Assembly: GCA_013239625.1 (NCBI GenBank)
Contig: MU054187.1
Coordinates: forward strand, 16,980,711-17,044,710
Length of the DNA stretch: 64,000 nucleotides
Direction: 5' to 3'
DNA from: Lama guanicoe
Lineage: Eukaryota
The notes under the pieces: model-generated
What the model saw: only the letters and a program-made list of their open reading frames with translations
Database searches by the model: none
What the model was told of the DNA's origin: nothing
In this document: positions 51,415 through 64,000 of the stretch, in pieces
Numbering within the stretch: the stretch's first letter is position 1
Layout: each line of letters begins with the position of its first letter
Translations under genes and position numbers: made by a program

Positions 51415-52364
51415 AGAAAGATATGGTCCCTTTTTCCTTCCTTGGAGAGCTGTCAGGCAAATGAGAGTGGACAAGACAAGAAAGAAAATGGATAAATAAT
51501 TATAAAAGCTTTGCCCACTATGAGGAAGGATGCACACCTACAATTAAGCCAGTTGTATCCTAGGGTCACTAGGTCATTGGTTCAGGTCTGGAAGAGAGGG
51601 GCAGCTAGGGGAGAAAAGCCTGCTGTTCGACGTTTCCTATTTGGCTGAGCGCAAATCTCAAAGAAGCAGGTAACCGGGACTTATTAGTAAGAACATAGCA
51701 AATTGGGATCGAGACACCAGATGAAATATAAAGGAAACTCTTTCAGGCAGAGGTAAATGTAAATATACCCAAGGTTGGAAAATTTCTGCAGGTCAGGAAG
51801 ACTTAAAGATAGCTCCTGCGAACTGGGACGGACAGGTATGAGTTGGGGTGGATCAGGAAATAGGTTTAGCATCAAGGGGGAGCCACATCCGTCAGGGGCT
51901 ATGCAGAGCATGGAGAACTGATAAGCTTAATTCTCAGGGTTGTCAGATGTTACAAAAGGGTGAAGGAAAATCAGTGACGTGGTTTGATATAAGGTTAAGG
52001 AAAAAATTTCTCTGGCTTCATTCTTCATTTCCATTGCATTAATCCTCAACTTCATTCATTAACATCCGTTGTGTCCAGATTTTTAAAAAAAGAAACAAAA
52101 TTTAGCCCCTAACATACATTTTTCCTTTTCCCTTCATATTCTTCCTTTATTTTTGTTAAGGACATAAGAAACTACCTTAGGATATAAGTCTGGCCAGACC
52201 ACAAGTGTCCAGCTCTCTTGGGACACATTTGTTGCAGTGTAATTGGGTGCTATTTTCCTTGTTTCTTGAAAGTGAAATGAACATTTAGAAAAAGAAAAAA
52301 GTTGTTTAGAAATCCAATTACTAGAAATAAAAAAAAAAAAAAGGAAAGCAACCTGCAATTTGGA

Positions 52365-52560
52365 AATGCTTACATGGTGAGGAACTGAGGAAGGCCTCTG
52401 ACCAACAGCTAGGGGGAAGCTGAATTTTGCCAACAGGCTTGGGAGCTTGGAAGTAGATCCTTCATCACTTGGACCTTCAGATGAGACTCCTGTCTGACAC
52501 CTTGACTGCAAATTTATGAGACACCCTCAAGCAAAGCACCTCGCTAAGTCTGAGCTAAGT
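52365..52560 (+). mobile_element. MaLR LTR fragment (MLT1E/F-like)
   Basis: acatggtgaggaactgagg ... gcctctgaccaacagc ... gagcttggaagtagatcctt ... ccttcagatgagact ... gacaccttgactgca. Confidence 0.75.
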
Positions 52561-53067
52561 CATCCCCAGATTTTGGAGATTAACTGGAGTCTCTGAACCC
52601 AAGGAATTTCTGGGTAACTATGACACTATCGAGTAAGTTTCTCTCTTCAGGGACTGACCCAGCCTTTTACATTATTTTTAATAGTAGATACTATGTGGTA
52701 ATCATTGTGCTTTGTGGCTAGTTCTCAGCCCAGAGTCTGATACACACACGAGAAATGCTGGTTGAACCAAAGTTGAATACACCAGTCATTATTATTTTCA
52801 AAGTTCCATGTGCTTCTTCTGTGTTTACTTTATTGTCGATAATTGGTGCCAAATTTATTTGAGTTGCAGAAATGTAAAATTCTGCATAAATGCAGAATTA
52901 TGCGTATTATTACTAATACTATTGAGTGAACGGTTCATATTTTATATTTGAGTGAATTGTTGCTTTTTTGGTTCTGAAATGCCATTTCATACATGCTGTC
53001 TGATATCTGTCTCATTAGCTCATCAATTTAGAGTTTAGATTTTTGTTTTTGTCTCAGTATTTTTTTT

Positions 53068-53176
53068 AAGACTATAAACTCCACAAGCAGGAGGGGAGGT
53101 ATATGCCTTATCTACTGCTTTATTTCCAGTGTTCAGAACTAGACCTAGCACATATCAGTAGATATTTGTTAAATGT
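53068..53176 (+). mobile_element. L2 3' terminal fragment
   Basis: agactataaactccacaagcagg ... actgctttatttccagtg ... cctagcacata ... atatttgttaaatg. Confidence 0.6.
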
Positions 53177-56066
53177 ATCTAATCTATTATAATAATGGAA
53201 CTGAGAAATACTGACGGCCGGGATGTTATACATTTCTATACATTTCCTTTTGATGTGCAGAATGTATGTTGCTTCTCCATCCAGCGTGCTGAGGGAGGAA
53301 GTTCTCATCTTGTATGTAAGAGGCCATGGGACAATGGGGGATCCAAACTCTATCTCCTCGAGTATGGTGGTGTACATTCTCAACTCCTTTTATATTCTCC
53401 TAAATTCCCTCAAATTACCTTACTGCACAGTTAACAGACATAAAGTCTTAAAACAGAAGTTAAATTTTCTTTCCTTTTTTTTTTAATAGCAGGTAATGCT
53501 CTTCCAGAAGAAAAATTAATGCCTATGGGAACTGGTTTTTAGCCTTTGTTTTCAGTCCATGTGAAAACATTTGTATTGCTGGCTGGCCTTTTGAATTAAT
53601 TTCACAGTTAAACTTTTGTGAAACATAGTTTTGAATGTTTTGTTCATTTAAAGATATATATGCTATTGTATTTAGATTCATCTGTTAATCTTATAACTCT
53701 ATAGAAACAAAACCTTTTTCCCTGGCATAAATTATTCTTTATAAAAAGTCTGTGGCTTATTATTATGATTATATTAATCTGAGATGTTTACAGGTATGAA
53801 CTTTTTTAATGTTTGTTACATTATTATACCACTTAATGTAATTACAAACCCTTGATTTCTGACATGGGACAGTTCTCAAGATCTTCTTTAAGATTTTAAA
53901 CCACTAGAGGATGTAGTTACAATTATATCACTAGATTTAGGGCATCCTTTGGTAAACAGTACTTTCTCAGTTCCATAGGAGACCCTAAATGTGACAATGG
54001 TTATATATTGCTCGTTAGAAAAGATGCTGATTGAATGAGCCAGAGAATCCACATACAGTTACTATTGCTGTATGTCATTTTAAACATATGAGTATCTAAG
54101 ATGACTGTAACATTGCTACAAACAATTAGCATTGGTCTTACAAGGGCTTTTTGTAGGTTAAATTTTCCTGGGGAATGGAAGTTCTTAGACAACAATAACC
54201 CTGGCCCTACCTTCCACTGTCTTATACAGGGATTTAGCACAGGGGACGCCATGAAAACTTCATTCCCCAATTCACACTCGCATGCAGAGCTCAATACGTG
54301 TGGTAGGTGTATGCCTTCTGACTTCCTATAATTTATTTCCCTTTTTATGGTGGCAAAGTCATCATGTATTAATCTATAACAAATTCAGGGAGTTTTGTTT
54401 GGCTGATTTAAAAGCATTTTCTTCCAAACTCCTATAAAAATAGAGACTATAAATTGGTTAGCATGGATTGCCCATGGCAGCACATTTTTTTAATGAAAAT
54501 TTTCATTGTCAATGGATTTTATGCAGAGCTTTGAGAGGTTGTTCAAATTGCCAACAGTCACTTTAACCATGCTAATCTTTATACCTGAGGGTCTAATTCT
54601 TAAAAAAGCTCTTGGCATGTTTTCATAGACTACTCATAATAATTATATGGATGAACCGTGGATTCTAGTTGTCTGTATTATAATCATCTCATTTTGTGTT
54701 TTGGAAAATGGAAAGAAAAGTTACTTTCCTCCAATTACACACCATGTACCCACACACAAATAGCCATAATCTTGGGAGAAGGTTTTGAGGATCCAGCTGA
54801 AATGCATAAATATTTCTTTGTAAAGAGAATATTAAAAATGAAGTGTGTATACATTTGAACTGAACTAGTACAGCTATAAACATGTGCTCTATTTAACCAT
54901 TTTACACAATTGTTTGCAGTTTTACAAGACACACATAGTTACCATAGCAACAACTCAGAATAAGCACGGAATAAAACTTACTCTACCTCCATCAAAGAAA
55001 GCCACTTTAACAACATGTGTGGCACACATTATAGGTTGAAGTTGAGTTTTTACCTTATTTTCCTGATAATTCTATTCCCTAAATCATAGCTGGTCTGTTA
55101 AAATTTATTATCTTGAAAGGAAAATATAGTCCAATGGTCAAGTCGTTGAACCAAAAAGACTATACTTAAACCACTTTATACAAATAGTTCCCCAGATTGC
55201 TGGAGCTGCTATTTAGGGGAAAAGTTGTTATAATCTCTAGGACTGTGTTTTCTCTTACTATCCCCTAATTCCTGCAATAGAAAATTACATTTGCTTCGAC
55301 TGTGAATCTGTAATTCAGTATCTTAAATATGTTTGTTCCTAGGAGATAAAAAAATAGATTCATTATTTAATTTTTAAACCCATGGAATTTTAGACCAAGG
55401 ACTATTCAAGGAATGGAGAATTCAGAGAGAAACAAAACTCTGTGTATACCCTTAAAAGGATAAAGACCTGGCATACCTTTTTTAATCTTGCTTTTTTTTT
55501 ATAGAATGAAAAGATATATTGGCTTGGAGATGTTTCTTCTCTTTTTAAAAATTTTTTTCTTATTGTTAAGCTTTCATACTAATACACACATCTCTTAATA
55601 TTTACCTTTGCGTATGTATTTAAGAGTTCACTCCTTATTTGATTAATAATTCATGACAAATTACATTTAAAGATCATAGTACAAGAGTGTTTACTTTTAT
55701 GGGACCTAGAAAATATTTATTGTGGATAATGCATTAGTTAATTACACTGATTTAAAAAAAAAAGGAAAAAACCCTTTACTTTCATCTAAAGCATACATTA
55801 CACAGCATTAACCAAAAAGGTATAAAATGCAATCTCTGAACAGAAGACTTTAACATGAAAGCAGGGAAAATAAGACAATATAACATGCTTACAAAAACCA
55901 AAAATCTAAAATAGTGTGTACTGAGAACTGTAGAAGGAGATCGACCATAAATGCTATTGGTTGGAAGAAAAGGATCTTCCCTCCAAAAGGTGTGATCATG
56001 GAAGGCAACGTAACCTGGAGGTTTTATTGTCCTGGATCTTCAAAAGAGTGTAGGATTTGGTGGTGA

Positions 56067-56238
56067 GTGGTTTGTAATTCTGGCAGAACATTAGAATCAA
56101 CTGGTGAACTTAAAAAATATCCCCTAAGAGCCATCCTACCACAATGAAACCATGAAATAAATCTGAGGCCCATGAAGAGGTGGTTTTTAAGGTCCTTTTT
56201 GCATGCTAAGAATAGCATGCAAAAATTTGAGACCCACC
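56067..56238. mobile_element. MER5A-like hAT-Charlie MITE (degenerate)
   Basis: agtggttt ... acattagaatcaactggtgaacttaaaaaata ... tttttaag ... tttgagacccac. Confidence 0.55.
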
Positions 56239-57562
56239 AGGGTAAACATACAAAGTAAACATGTTCTAGAAGCAAAAATACTCGTAAAGAACAGAGTGAG
56301 AAAAAAACACAGCACTTACAGTGAAATAGCCAAAGTATCTTAAGAAAAATCCATTAGGTTAATTTTGAGACTGAAGATAGGGTACTAAAAATATTTATCT
56401 GAAAGACCATAGATTTTAAGGAAAGTTGGCAAATAACAAAGAGAAGAAGAAAGTGGACGATGAGGAGAAAATAACAATTAGTCATATTTCATATCATACA
56501 TAACATCTTGGTTACTATTTTGTATCTTATATTGTATTTTATATAATAGGTTGGATTTTAGTGAACTGCTATACTGATTCACCCCTTTGCATTTAACCTT
56601 ACATGGCATTCAATATTCTTTTTCATATCTCCATAGCCTCCAATCCTGTGACTTATTATGACTCATTTATATCGTGTTCTAATAACATGGAATGCCTACT
56701 AACAACTTTCTTAAAGAAAAATAATTCTTTCACAAGATATACCTTAAAAGTATCTTAGCTGGATTCTAAAGTTTTATAGTTTGACGTTTCAACAAGCTGG
56801 CTAGCCACACTGGACATTTATTATATGCATAGCTTGGTTTTCTATAGAGTTCTCTTAAAATAGAGCTATGCAGCCAGGCTGTCATAGAAAAAGCAGGCAA
56901 TGGCCTCTCCCATTTGGTGAAGCTCCATTCTGATCAAGAGTCACTTAGGGATTAGATAACATATAGCCAACTTCCTGCTGAATAGTGGGGGTTCTTTCTC
57001 TGCAGTGGGTGTAAAGTATTCAATATAATATATATCATCCAGTTCTGATATTACAAAGGGCATTCAATACAAGTATGTGAAACATCCAGATGGGTGGTAA
57101 TAATCCTTTCAGAAATTAACCTGATTTTCAGGGCTATCAAAATACTTCCGGTTGAAATCAACTTAGGTGTATTCATTTGCTCAAGAACATTTAATTTTTC
57201 CTTACCGCATATATGATGTTGCTTTACTTCTTATTTAAACATATTTCATTTGCTACTGTTGTAACTTATTGTTAAAAAAGTTGGTTTACAGTGACATAGC
57301 CTGAACCAAATCATAAGAGAGCAGTAAATTGACATTTTATGAGAGAAAACAATATTTGAATATTGTATTTCTTAAAACTGTTCTCACTCAAATTTGGTGA
57401 TTGTAAATAAATGATCTAATATATTATATATACATAAGCACACAATATAATAGACTTTTAACAGTGTATTTGAAATAAATAATACTCTTTAAGTTAATTT
57501 TTTGCTGTGTTTCATTCTACTGCTGAGTTTGCATAAGGAGTGTGTCCTTAATTTGAGGACCA

Positions 57563-57785
57563 TGAGATTTTTGCAGATATTTGCAGATACTAACTACTGT
57601 ATATAGAATAGCTAAACAGCAAGGCCTTACTGTATAGCTCAGGGAATTATATTCAATGCCTCATAATATCCTATAATGAAAAAGGATACAAAAAGGAATA
57701 TATACATGTATAACTGAATCACTATGCTGTACACCAGAAATTAACACAACATTGTCAACTGACTATACATCAATTTAAAACAAAA
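57563..57785 (+). mobile_element. 5'-truncated L1 3' end
   Basis: tttgcagatactaactactgtatata ... ctgtatagctcagggaattatattcaa ... ataactgaatcactatgctgtacaccagaaattaacacaacattgt ... gactatacatcaatttaaaa. Confidence 0.9.
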
Positions 57786-60700
57786 CATGAAAAGAGATTG
57801 AATTTTCAGCAGCAGTAATTGTCAAGGATATGACAGTTAAAGCGTCACAGTCAAAGACCCGCTACTTGTTTATGAAAAGTTAAATTCAAAATCTTCACTC
57901 CCTTAGGTTTCTTTGTCAATAATAGATAATTATTGGGATAAAACAGTAAAAGGGGATAAGTGATTTGATCAGTTAATTGATTTTTAGGATCTTTCATTTC
58001 ACCTTTATCCTTACTCTTTCAAAGATTACCTTCACGTTGTATAAATTTCAACAGCACATAAAAAAGCAGTATGTTGCTTACTTTCAAGACAGTTATTTCA
58101 GTAAAATAGTGTTAAGGCTTTGTGGATCCAGAATCCAGGCCACATGGTATCACTTTGAATCCAATTTAGACAAGTTTGACTAATCTCGCCCTGCCTAAAA
58201 GAACCATAAATATTACACTGTGACTAAAAGCTCTTTGTGATGTTCCTGTCTCCTCTTCAATTCCTTTCTCCCCTTCAGTTAATTTGCAACAGCTTTTACA
58301 TCTGGCAGGTGACTTGATCCATGATCCACCACGTAATTCTCAATTCTTCAAACTCTGTACAGTGATTTTTTTTTTGGATTAATAACCACAATTTATATTC
58401 ACTTTTGGTATTTTCTTCCAAACACCACCAAACATTTTAAAGGCCATCGTCCCTTTTCACAATCTCCTAATTTTATTTTTCTTTGCACAAATTTGATTCT
58501 CTTCATGTTACAGATAATAGAATATCAAAATAGGAGTTGAATGTCTGTCTCCATCCTCAGAAGAACAAGGAGGGGGTGACTTTTGACCCCTAGGTAGAAT
58601 GTTGAGTAATTTTATCTCAGTTGTGCATATGGCAAAAATAAGTAACTGGATATCAGAGAATGCGAGAACAGGCTGCAAGACTCAGAACACCATTCAGCTT
58701 GTTTTCTGATAGAATGCGTTATTCTGTAAGCCTGACTGCGGGTGAAGACAGTTTGTAAAAAATTAACGTACTCCTGTTAAACTTCCGATCTTCTTTTTTT
58801 GAAAGTGGCATTAATTTATGATTTTGCTGCACTGAATTATTTTTGGTTTTGCCATCATCATCATCATCACAGTAAGAAGATGTGTCAGGTTATCACATTT
58901 ATCAAAGCTGTGTTTCTACAAGCAATACACCTCTTTTGTCAAGGTCCAATTATTAAAAAAAAAACAAACTTGTAGCATTTAGCCTTTAAGATGCACAGTT
59001 CCCTCCTGTTTACTTATCGATTCAGTTATTTATCCCTTTTCTCAACTGATGCAACTGTAATCCAAACAGATAAGTATTTTCACTTTCTGTTCGAAAATCC
59101 TAATGCCTCAACAGACTCCAGCATCATAACTCCTAGCAATATCGGTAAGTTAATTCTGAAATGTATTTCTGATTCTGGCAGATATAAGCTTCATTACTGA
59201 ATTTAAAGAATTATGATCATTTATCTATTTTTCAGGAGAATGAGTTATTGAATTTAGCATTTTAATATTGCTACTCTCCCTGGTATTTCTACCAAAAAAT
59301 TATAAGAGGTAGAGGTTTTACTTAGTGGTTAGAGTGTAATTTAATAGTAAAACTTTTAATCTTCTTGGTTTTCTTTGTGATGTGACTCTGGATTTTTGGA
59401 GAAAGCCTCCCTTGATCTATTTCGAGCAATGGAGGCACCTAGATCAGTAGCCCTTAAGGAACACCCACATTTTTCAGATCATCAAAAGGTATACATCAGG
59501 GTAGTGAATGCATCCCCTCCTGAAGAACAAAGGAAAAGCTCTACAGAGAGCACCTGATTGTAGCAGATCTGAAGGACAGCATTTGACCCTGGTTGAAATA
59601 AAAAAAAAAACGGAAAAGAAAAGAAAAAGTTGAATAAATAAAAATACTACCATCAAACTGCAACTGGCCCCAACTGATGGATATGTTCACCAGGTATTTG
59701 TATGTGTGTGTGTGTGTGCACAATATTGCACATATCCTAAAAGGAACATAAAATATCCAAAGTTCATCTTTAAGCTCTGTAGTTTTGTGACTGCCACAAG
59801 GTTTCACTTGTGTCATTAAATTTACTGAAACTGTTGAAGGAAAGAAAACTCAGGGGAACCAAAGATGTTTGCAGTTTTCAATCTGCAGGCTGGTTATTTA
59901 ACACATACATGATTTTAGTTGATGATTTGTTTTTTCATATATGCTTTCAATCAGTATCACATACAATTAGAAGGAGATTTGTAATTCCTCTGACCTGGTT
60001 TGGGTTACATCAAGTACGTATGTTCTGTATTTCTATCACTGATCACTGCATTACAAGATGTTTTCCTATAATTTTCTCTACATTTTCATTTCTTCTATTT
60101 CATTAGTCCCTTTCTGTCAACCTTAGTTAATATCATTGCTTCGGGTGAAATGTCCTAATTACCTAGTACACAGCACACGTTGAATAGGTTAATATTTTGG
60201 GTGCTCAATTATAATAGGCATTAGTATATATGAAGGCACTTTTCATTGCAATCAAAAAGTTAAAAACCAATCCTTAAATATACTCATCATTTGGTGGACC
60301 ATATTTAAAATTTTTTGAAAGATTTGGTGCAAGTATTTTATATTTTGATGTAGGAACCTCTTCTAAGTACAAAACAAACCTATCAGGAGAAACGTATAAA
60401 ACTTAGAAGTGGAAGGGGAAAATGCCTAACGCTGGATTTTTCAGCAAGGACATTATGAAACTACTCAATATTAATTAATTTACCAAAATGATTACTTCTT
60501 AACATATATGGACATTGATTGAGGGAATCTAGGTTATTAACTGATAAATGGCAGTTTAGTCTTGCATATTTGAGTTGATGGTTTATTTCAGTGACTTTCT
60601 TTACTGAATTCACTGGAAACAATTGATTTGAATGAGGCGAGCCAACAGATATTTAATGACCCTTCTTATAATCAGAGAATAGGATTTCCAAATGTCTAGT

Positions 60701-61374
60701 CAGGGATAAAATTAATTTCTTTAACATATATTTTTAGTTTAATGAGTTCTTTTTTTATTATTATGGAAAGAAAGAATTCTTACAAAACAGAGAACCTCTA
60801 ACTTTTTTTTTAATTTTAATTTTAAACCGTGACCTTATGAACCAAAAATAGTTTTAGCACTAAATTTGCGGCAACAGTGAAATAACATGCAAGAATAGTG
60901 AGGGCGGAAACCTGAGACCTTGAGAACAGAGAAATACAACCAGGGAGCATGTGTTTGACAAAAATCCATAGGAACTGGGGGTTTCACATTTCACTCAATT
61001 CCATTATATTCAGCAAACCTTTGTGAAACACTATCTTGTGGGAGATACAAAGGTGGCTGTCAGAGTCACCGGTTTTGAAATTTACCTCTTGTGGATGGTA
61101 TTTGAAGGGGGAGGTACCGGGAAGTAACGGCTCATCACTGCCTTGCCCACTGGAGTGAAGGAATATGTAGGTAATTTTACATATTTGTATCTTCTGCAGT
61201 ACTAAAATGTTAAGAAGTCTGTTTTTTGTTTGTTTGTTTTGTTTTGTTTTGTTTTAATCTCTTCATCATGAACAGGGCAAGCATTCTGAGTGGATGGAGT
61301 AATTAGCTCCCTTACCTGGAGTCCCCAACTCAGCCCCTTTGGGAGTGAGAGTCAAGTAGTATAGAGGTTTCAAG

Positions 61375-61500
61375 CAGCCAACTAGAAGACAACATATATG
61401 GAAAATCAGGTTCCTGGCTGGCTTATCCTAAGATGGGGTTTTTGGCAAGTCATTTAAGCCTTCTGAGTCTTGGCTTTCTCGTTTGTAAGCTTGAAGTATA
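61375..61500 (+). mobile_element. MIR core fragment
   Basis: ttggcaagtcatttaagccttctgagtcttggctttctcgtttgtaa. Confidence 0.55.
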
Positions 61501-62833
61501 AAAGACTGCTGATATTCAACCACATGTGACCTGCAAAGTATGTGGTTTCTTTGGGTTCAACCTAAAAAAAAAAAAGGTTTAAGTCCAAGGTGACTTTCAA
61601 GGTGATCTTCAGATATCTGATGAGCTGCATTTGGAGGAGAGTTGAGAGAGCATTGAGTTGAGAGATTGTGGAACACAGGAAGAGGATGAGAATGAGAAGG
61701 GAGCCTCTTTCGCCAGTTGCGAGACCATTTGGTGAAAATGGAAAACTGAGCTCTCGAAAAATTGGGGGAAACTTTATGAATTCTATAGTTTGGACTTACT
61801 GGGCTATCTCAAGATTCATATTGAAGAAAACAGGAATAATTGTGTAACAAAAATCCAAATTGCTTTCATGTAGTTCAAATAAGGAGAAGACAACCTGATT
61901 CTAGCATTGTCAGTATATAATGCATGATAACTTGGAAGTGAAGCGAATAGTATGAAACAGGAAGAAAAGAGGAAATCTTTTCAAGAGGAAGTGTGGGTGC
62001 TTCCAATTTGCACATCTCATTGGGCACTTTTAAAAAACGCAGGTTGATCCACTCACACAACTTTATGCAAAAAAGCTCACGTCTTCTTAAATATAGCACA
62101 AACTAAAGAAAAGTAGACATATTTATGAAAATATAATAAAACAAAGAATGTTCCCCTAATTGGATGATCTATATAAGGTCTAGCTCTAATGTGGTGATGT
62201 GATCAGATTCTCCTAACATCTTGCTTCAACAATGAGTGTTGTCCTCCAGTGATGAACAGTTATGTGTGTCTTATTTTTTTGCCCATTTTAAATTTCATCC
62301 ATAACTAAAACACTGTCTATACAAAAGTCTAAAATACTTTTAATCAAACTCTTAATTTCTTGGCAATGAGAACAAGCCTGTTGGAAATGATAGGAAACTG
62401 CAGTTGGGAAACTCCACTCTCTTCGATGACCAGTATGGAGTTGAATGCCACCTACACCTTAGAACTTGAGCAGACATTGCACATAGACAGTTGCTTAAGA
62501 TATACTTTGGTTGCTTTTGGAGACCCTGCTTTTAGATACTCATATGCTGAAGTGCCCTTATTTTCTCTTGAAGCAAATAGAACATGCCTGGAAGAAAGAA
62601 TCCTGGCATTCTTCCTGCTCTGGGGGTTCTTACCACTCTGTTTCACCTGCAGCTAAGAGTTTGGTAAGGCTTGCATGATTGTTAAAGGTAAAATAATTCA
62701 GCAGATTATTCGTCATTATAAATTTCAAGATTCTTTAATTGCATAAATGAAATAACCACTCAGAAAGACTAAGACTTCTTATATGCCAGATATACAGCAT
62801 TTTTCTCAGCACATCGAAGAAAAGAATATGTTG

Positions 62834-63279
62834 TGGCAATGATCCTTTGTTGATCGAACTTTAATCAGGCTCTTGAAGCTTCCCCTAGACTCATCTGTGC
62901 TCTGCCTTACAAAAGTCTGCTTTTATCAAGAACCTGGCGAAGCACTCACAGATTTATCAGGATTCTCCGCCCTTGATATTTGGTTGGTTTCCTCATCTTT
63001 CACCATCCCCCAGGTGATGTCTGATTATCTTCATGGCAAAGAGCCTTTTAGTTCGGTTTAGACAGAATCCCTCTGAATCAGAATCCCTGATGTTTCCTCT
63101 TGGTAATTCTATCATCTGACCTCCTCTTTGTGCCTTGGCTGTAAATTCCCACTTGCCCATCCTGTGTTCAGAATTGCACCTGGCTTTCTACTGAGGTCCC
63201 TCTTCCTCTACTGCAATAGTCCTGAATAAAATCTTTATTTATGCTTTAATGACTATCCAGCTCTAGCTTTTCTCTGACA
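62834..63279 (+). mobile_element. MER31A-like ERV1 solo LTR with 4-bp TSD
   Basis: TG..CA ends flanked by gttg (62830-62833 and 63280-63283). aactttaatcaggctc, caccatcccccaggtgatgtctgat, cctgatgtttcctct and cctgaataaa motifs. Confidence 0.85.
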
Positions 63280-63559
63280 GTTGTATGTTCGCTTTATGTG
63301 TGTACTTCATAAAAGTCTGACCTTGGTCTAAACCACACTTGATATTTTCATTACCTTATCTAGTGAGAGTGAGTCACAACATACCGTAGAAATAAAGCAA
63401 AAAGCATCTACTGATGATTAATATGCAGATTTGGAGCAGATACCTCTTGATGGTTGTGTCAACAGAATACAAGGTGTTTAGCCACCATGAATTCAGAGTC
63501 AATTCAAACTTATAAGTCCATGTTAGGACTATGGAACAGAACATGAATTCTGTTAAAAG

Positions 63560-64000
63560 TTTGAGGTGGCAATGCAGCTCAGTGTTGGCGCTGGTGATCC
63601 TGTATCAAATCACATTGGAAGGCCAGGCCTTCATGGAGCTTATATTCAAGTGGAGAAGAAAGAGAAAATATAAGCAAGTTGACCAAAGTAAAATATTAGG
63701 GCAGATTTTAGTATGTTTTTGAAAGAATCACAGTATGGATTAATATTGAGAATAGTATTGGGGGACCTTTTAAATAGATTATCAGGAAAAAACATAGTTG
63801 AATTAATTGCATATAAAACAACAACAAAAGAAGAGGAAGAGAACCAGTCTGCTGAAGAATCATGGAAAGAATGTCTACACTTAGACAACACAGATTTAGC
63901 ATTTTTGAGGAACTGAGAAAAGCATGGCCACCATCTATTGAATGAAGAGAAGAGAGGCAGGCAATGATAGGGAACCCTTAATGCAGAGCCTTGCAAAGAG
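63560..64000 (-). mobile_element. L2 LINE fragment running off the window end
   Basis: gccttcatggagcttatattcaagtggaga ... ttgaggaactgagaaaag ... atgcagagccttgca. Confidence 0.7.

Noticed and set aside
62360..62656. 98-aa ORF in unique sequence
   Set aside because: No recognisable homology, no pseudogene poly(A) or TSD, and length is within chance expectation.
1..64000. CRISPR arrays, operons or other prokaryotic systems
   Set aside because: The sequence is mammalian non-coding DNA with no regularly spaced repeat-spacer array and no long ORFs.

Overview
AT-rich, non-coding mammalian DNA (deep intron or gene desert). It is very probably from a camelid (camel, alpaca or llama), because three copies of a tRNA-Ala-derived SINE match the camelid vic-1 type and several L1 3' ends look artiodactyl. 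I found no credible protein-coding gene, tRNA, rRNA or CpG-island promoter. The supplied ORFs are short chance frames, repeat-derived frames or artefacts of the 210-N gap at 2914-3123. Recognisable content is a layered record of transposons: old L2, MIR, L3, MER33, MER58B, MER5A, MLT1, MLT2, LTR16 and MER31 copies, old L1M fragments, and younger 5'-truncated L1 and SINE insertions with visible target-site duplications (TSDs). I did not find a convincing novel biological system. The best second-look items are mechanistic: a twin-primed inverted L1 spanning the gap, SINE copies with apparent Pol III read-through tails, a short L1 3' transduction, a scrambled 3.3 kb L1 mosaic, and several fold-back inverted duplications. 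There is also a structured non-repeat element at about 42.3 kb with paired TCF/LEF sites and micro-exon signals. Repeat family names come from remembered consensus sequences, not from a database search, and boundaries of old repeats are approximate.
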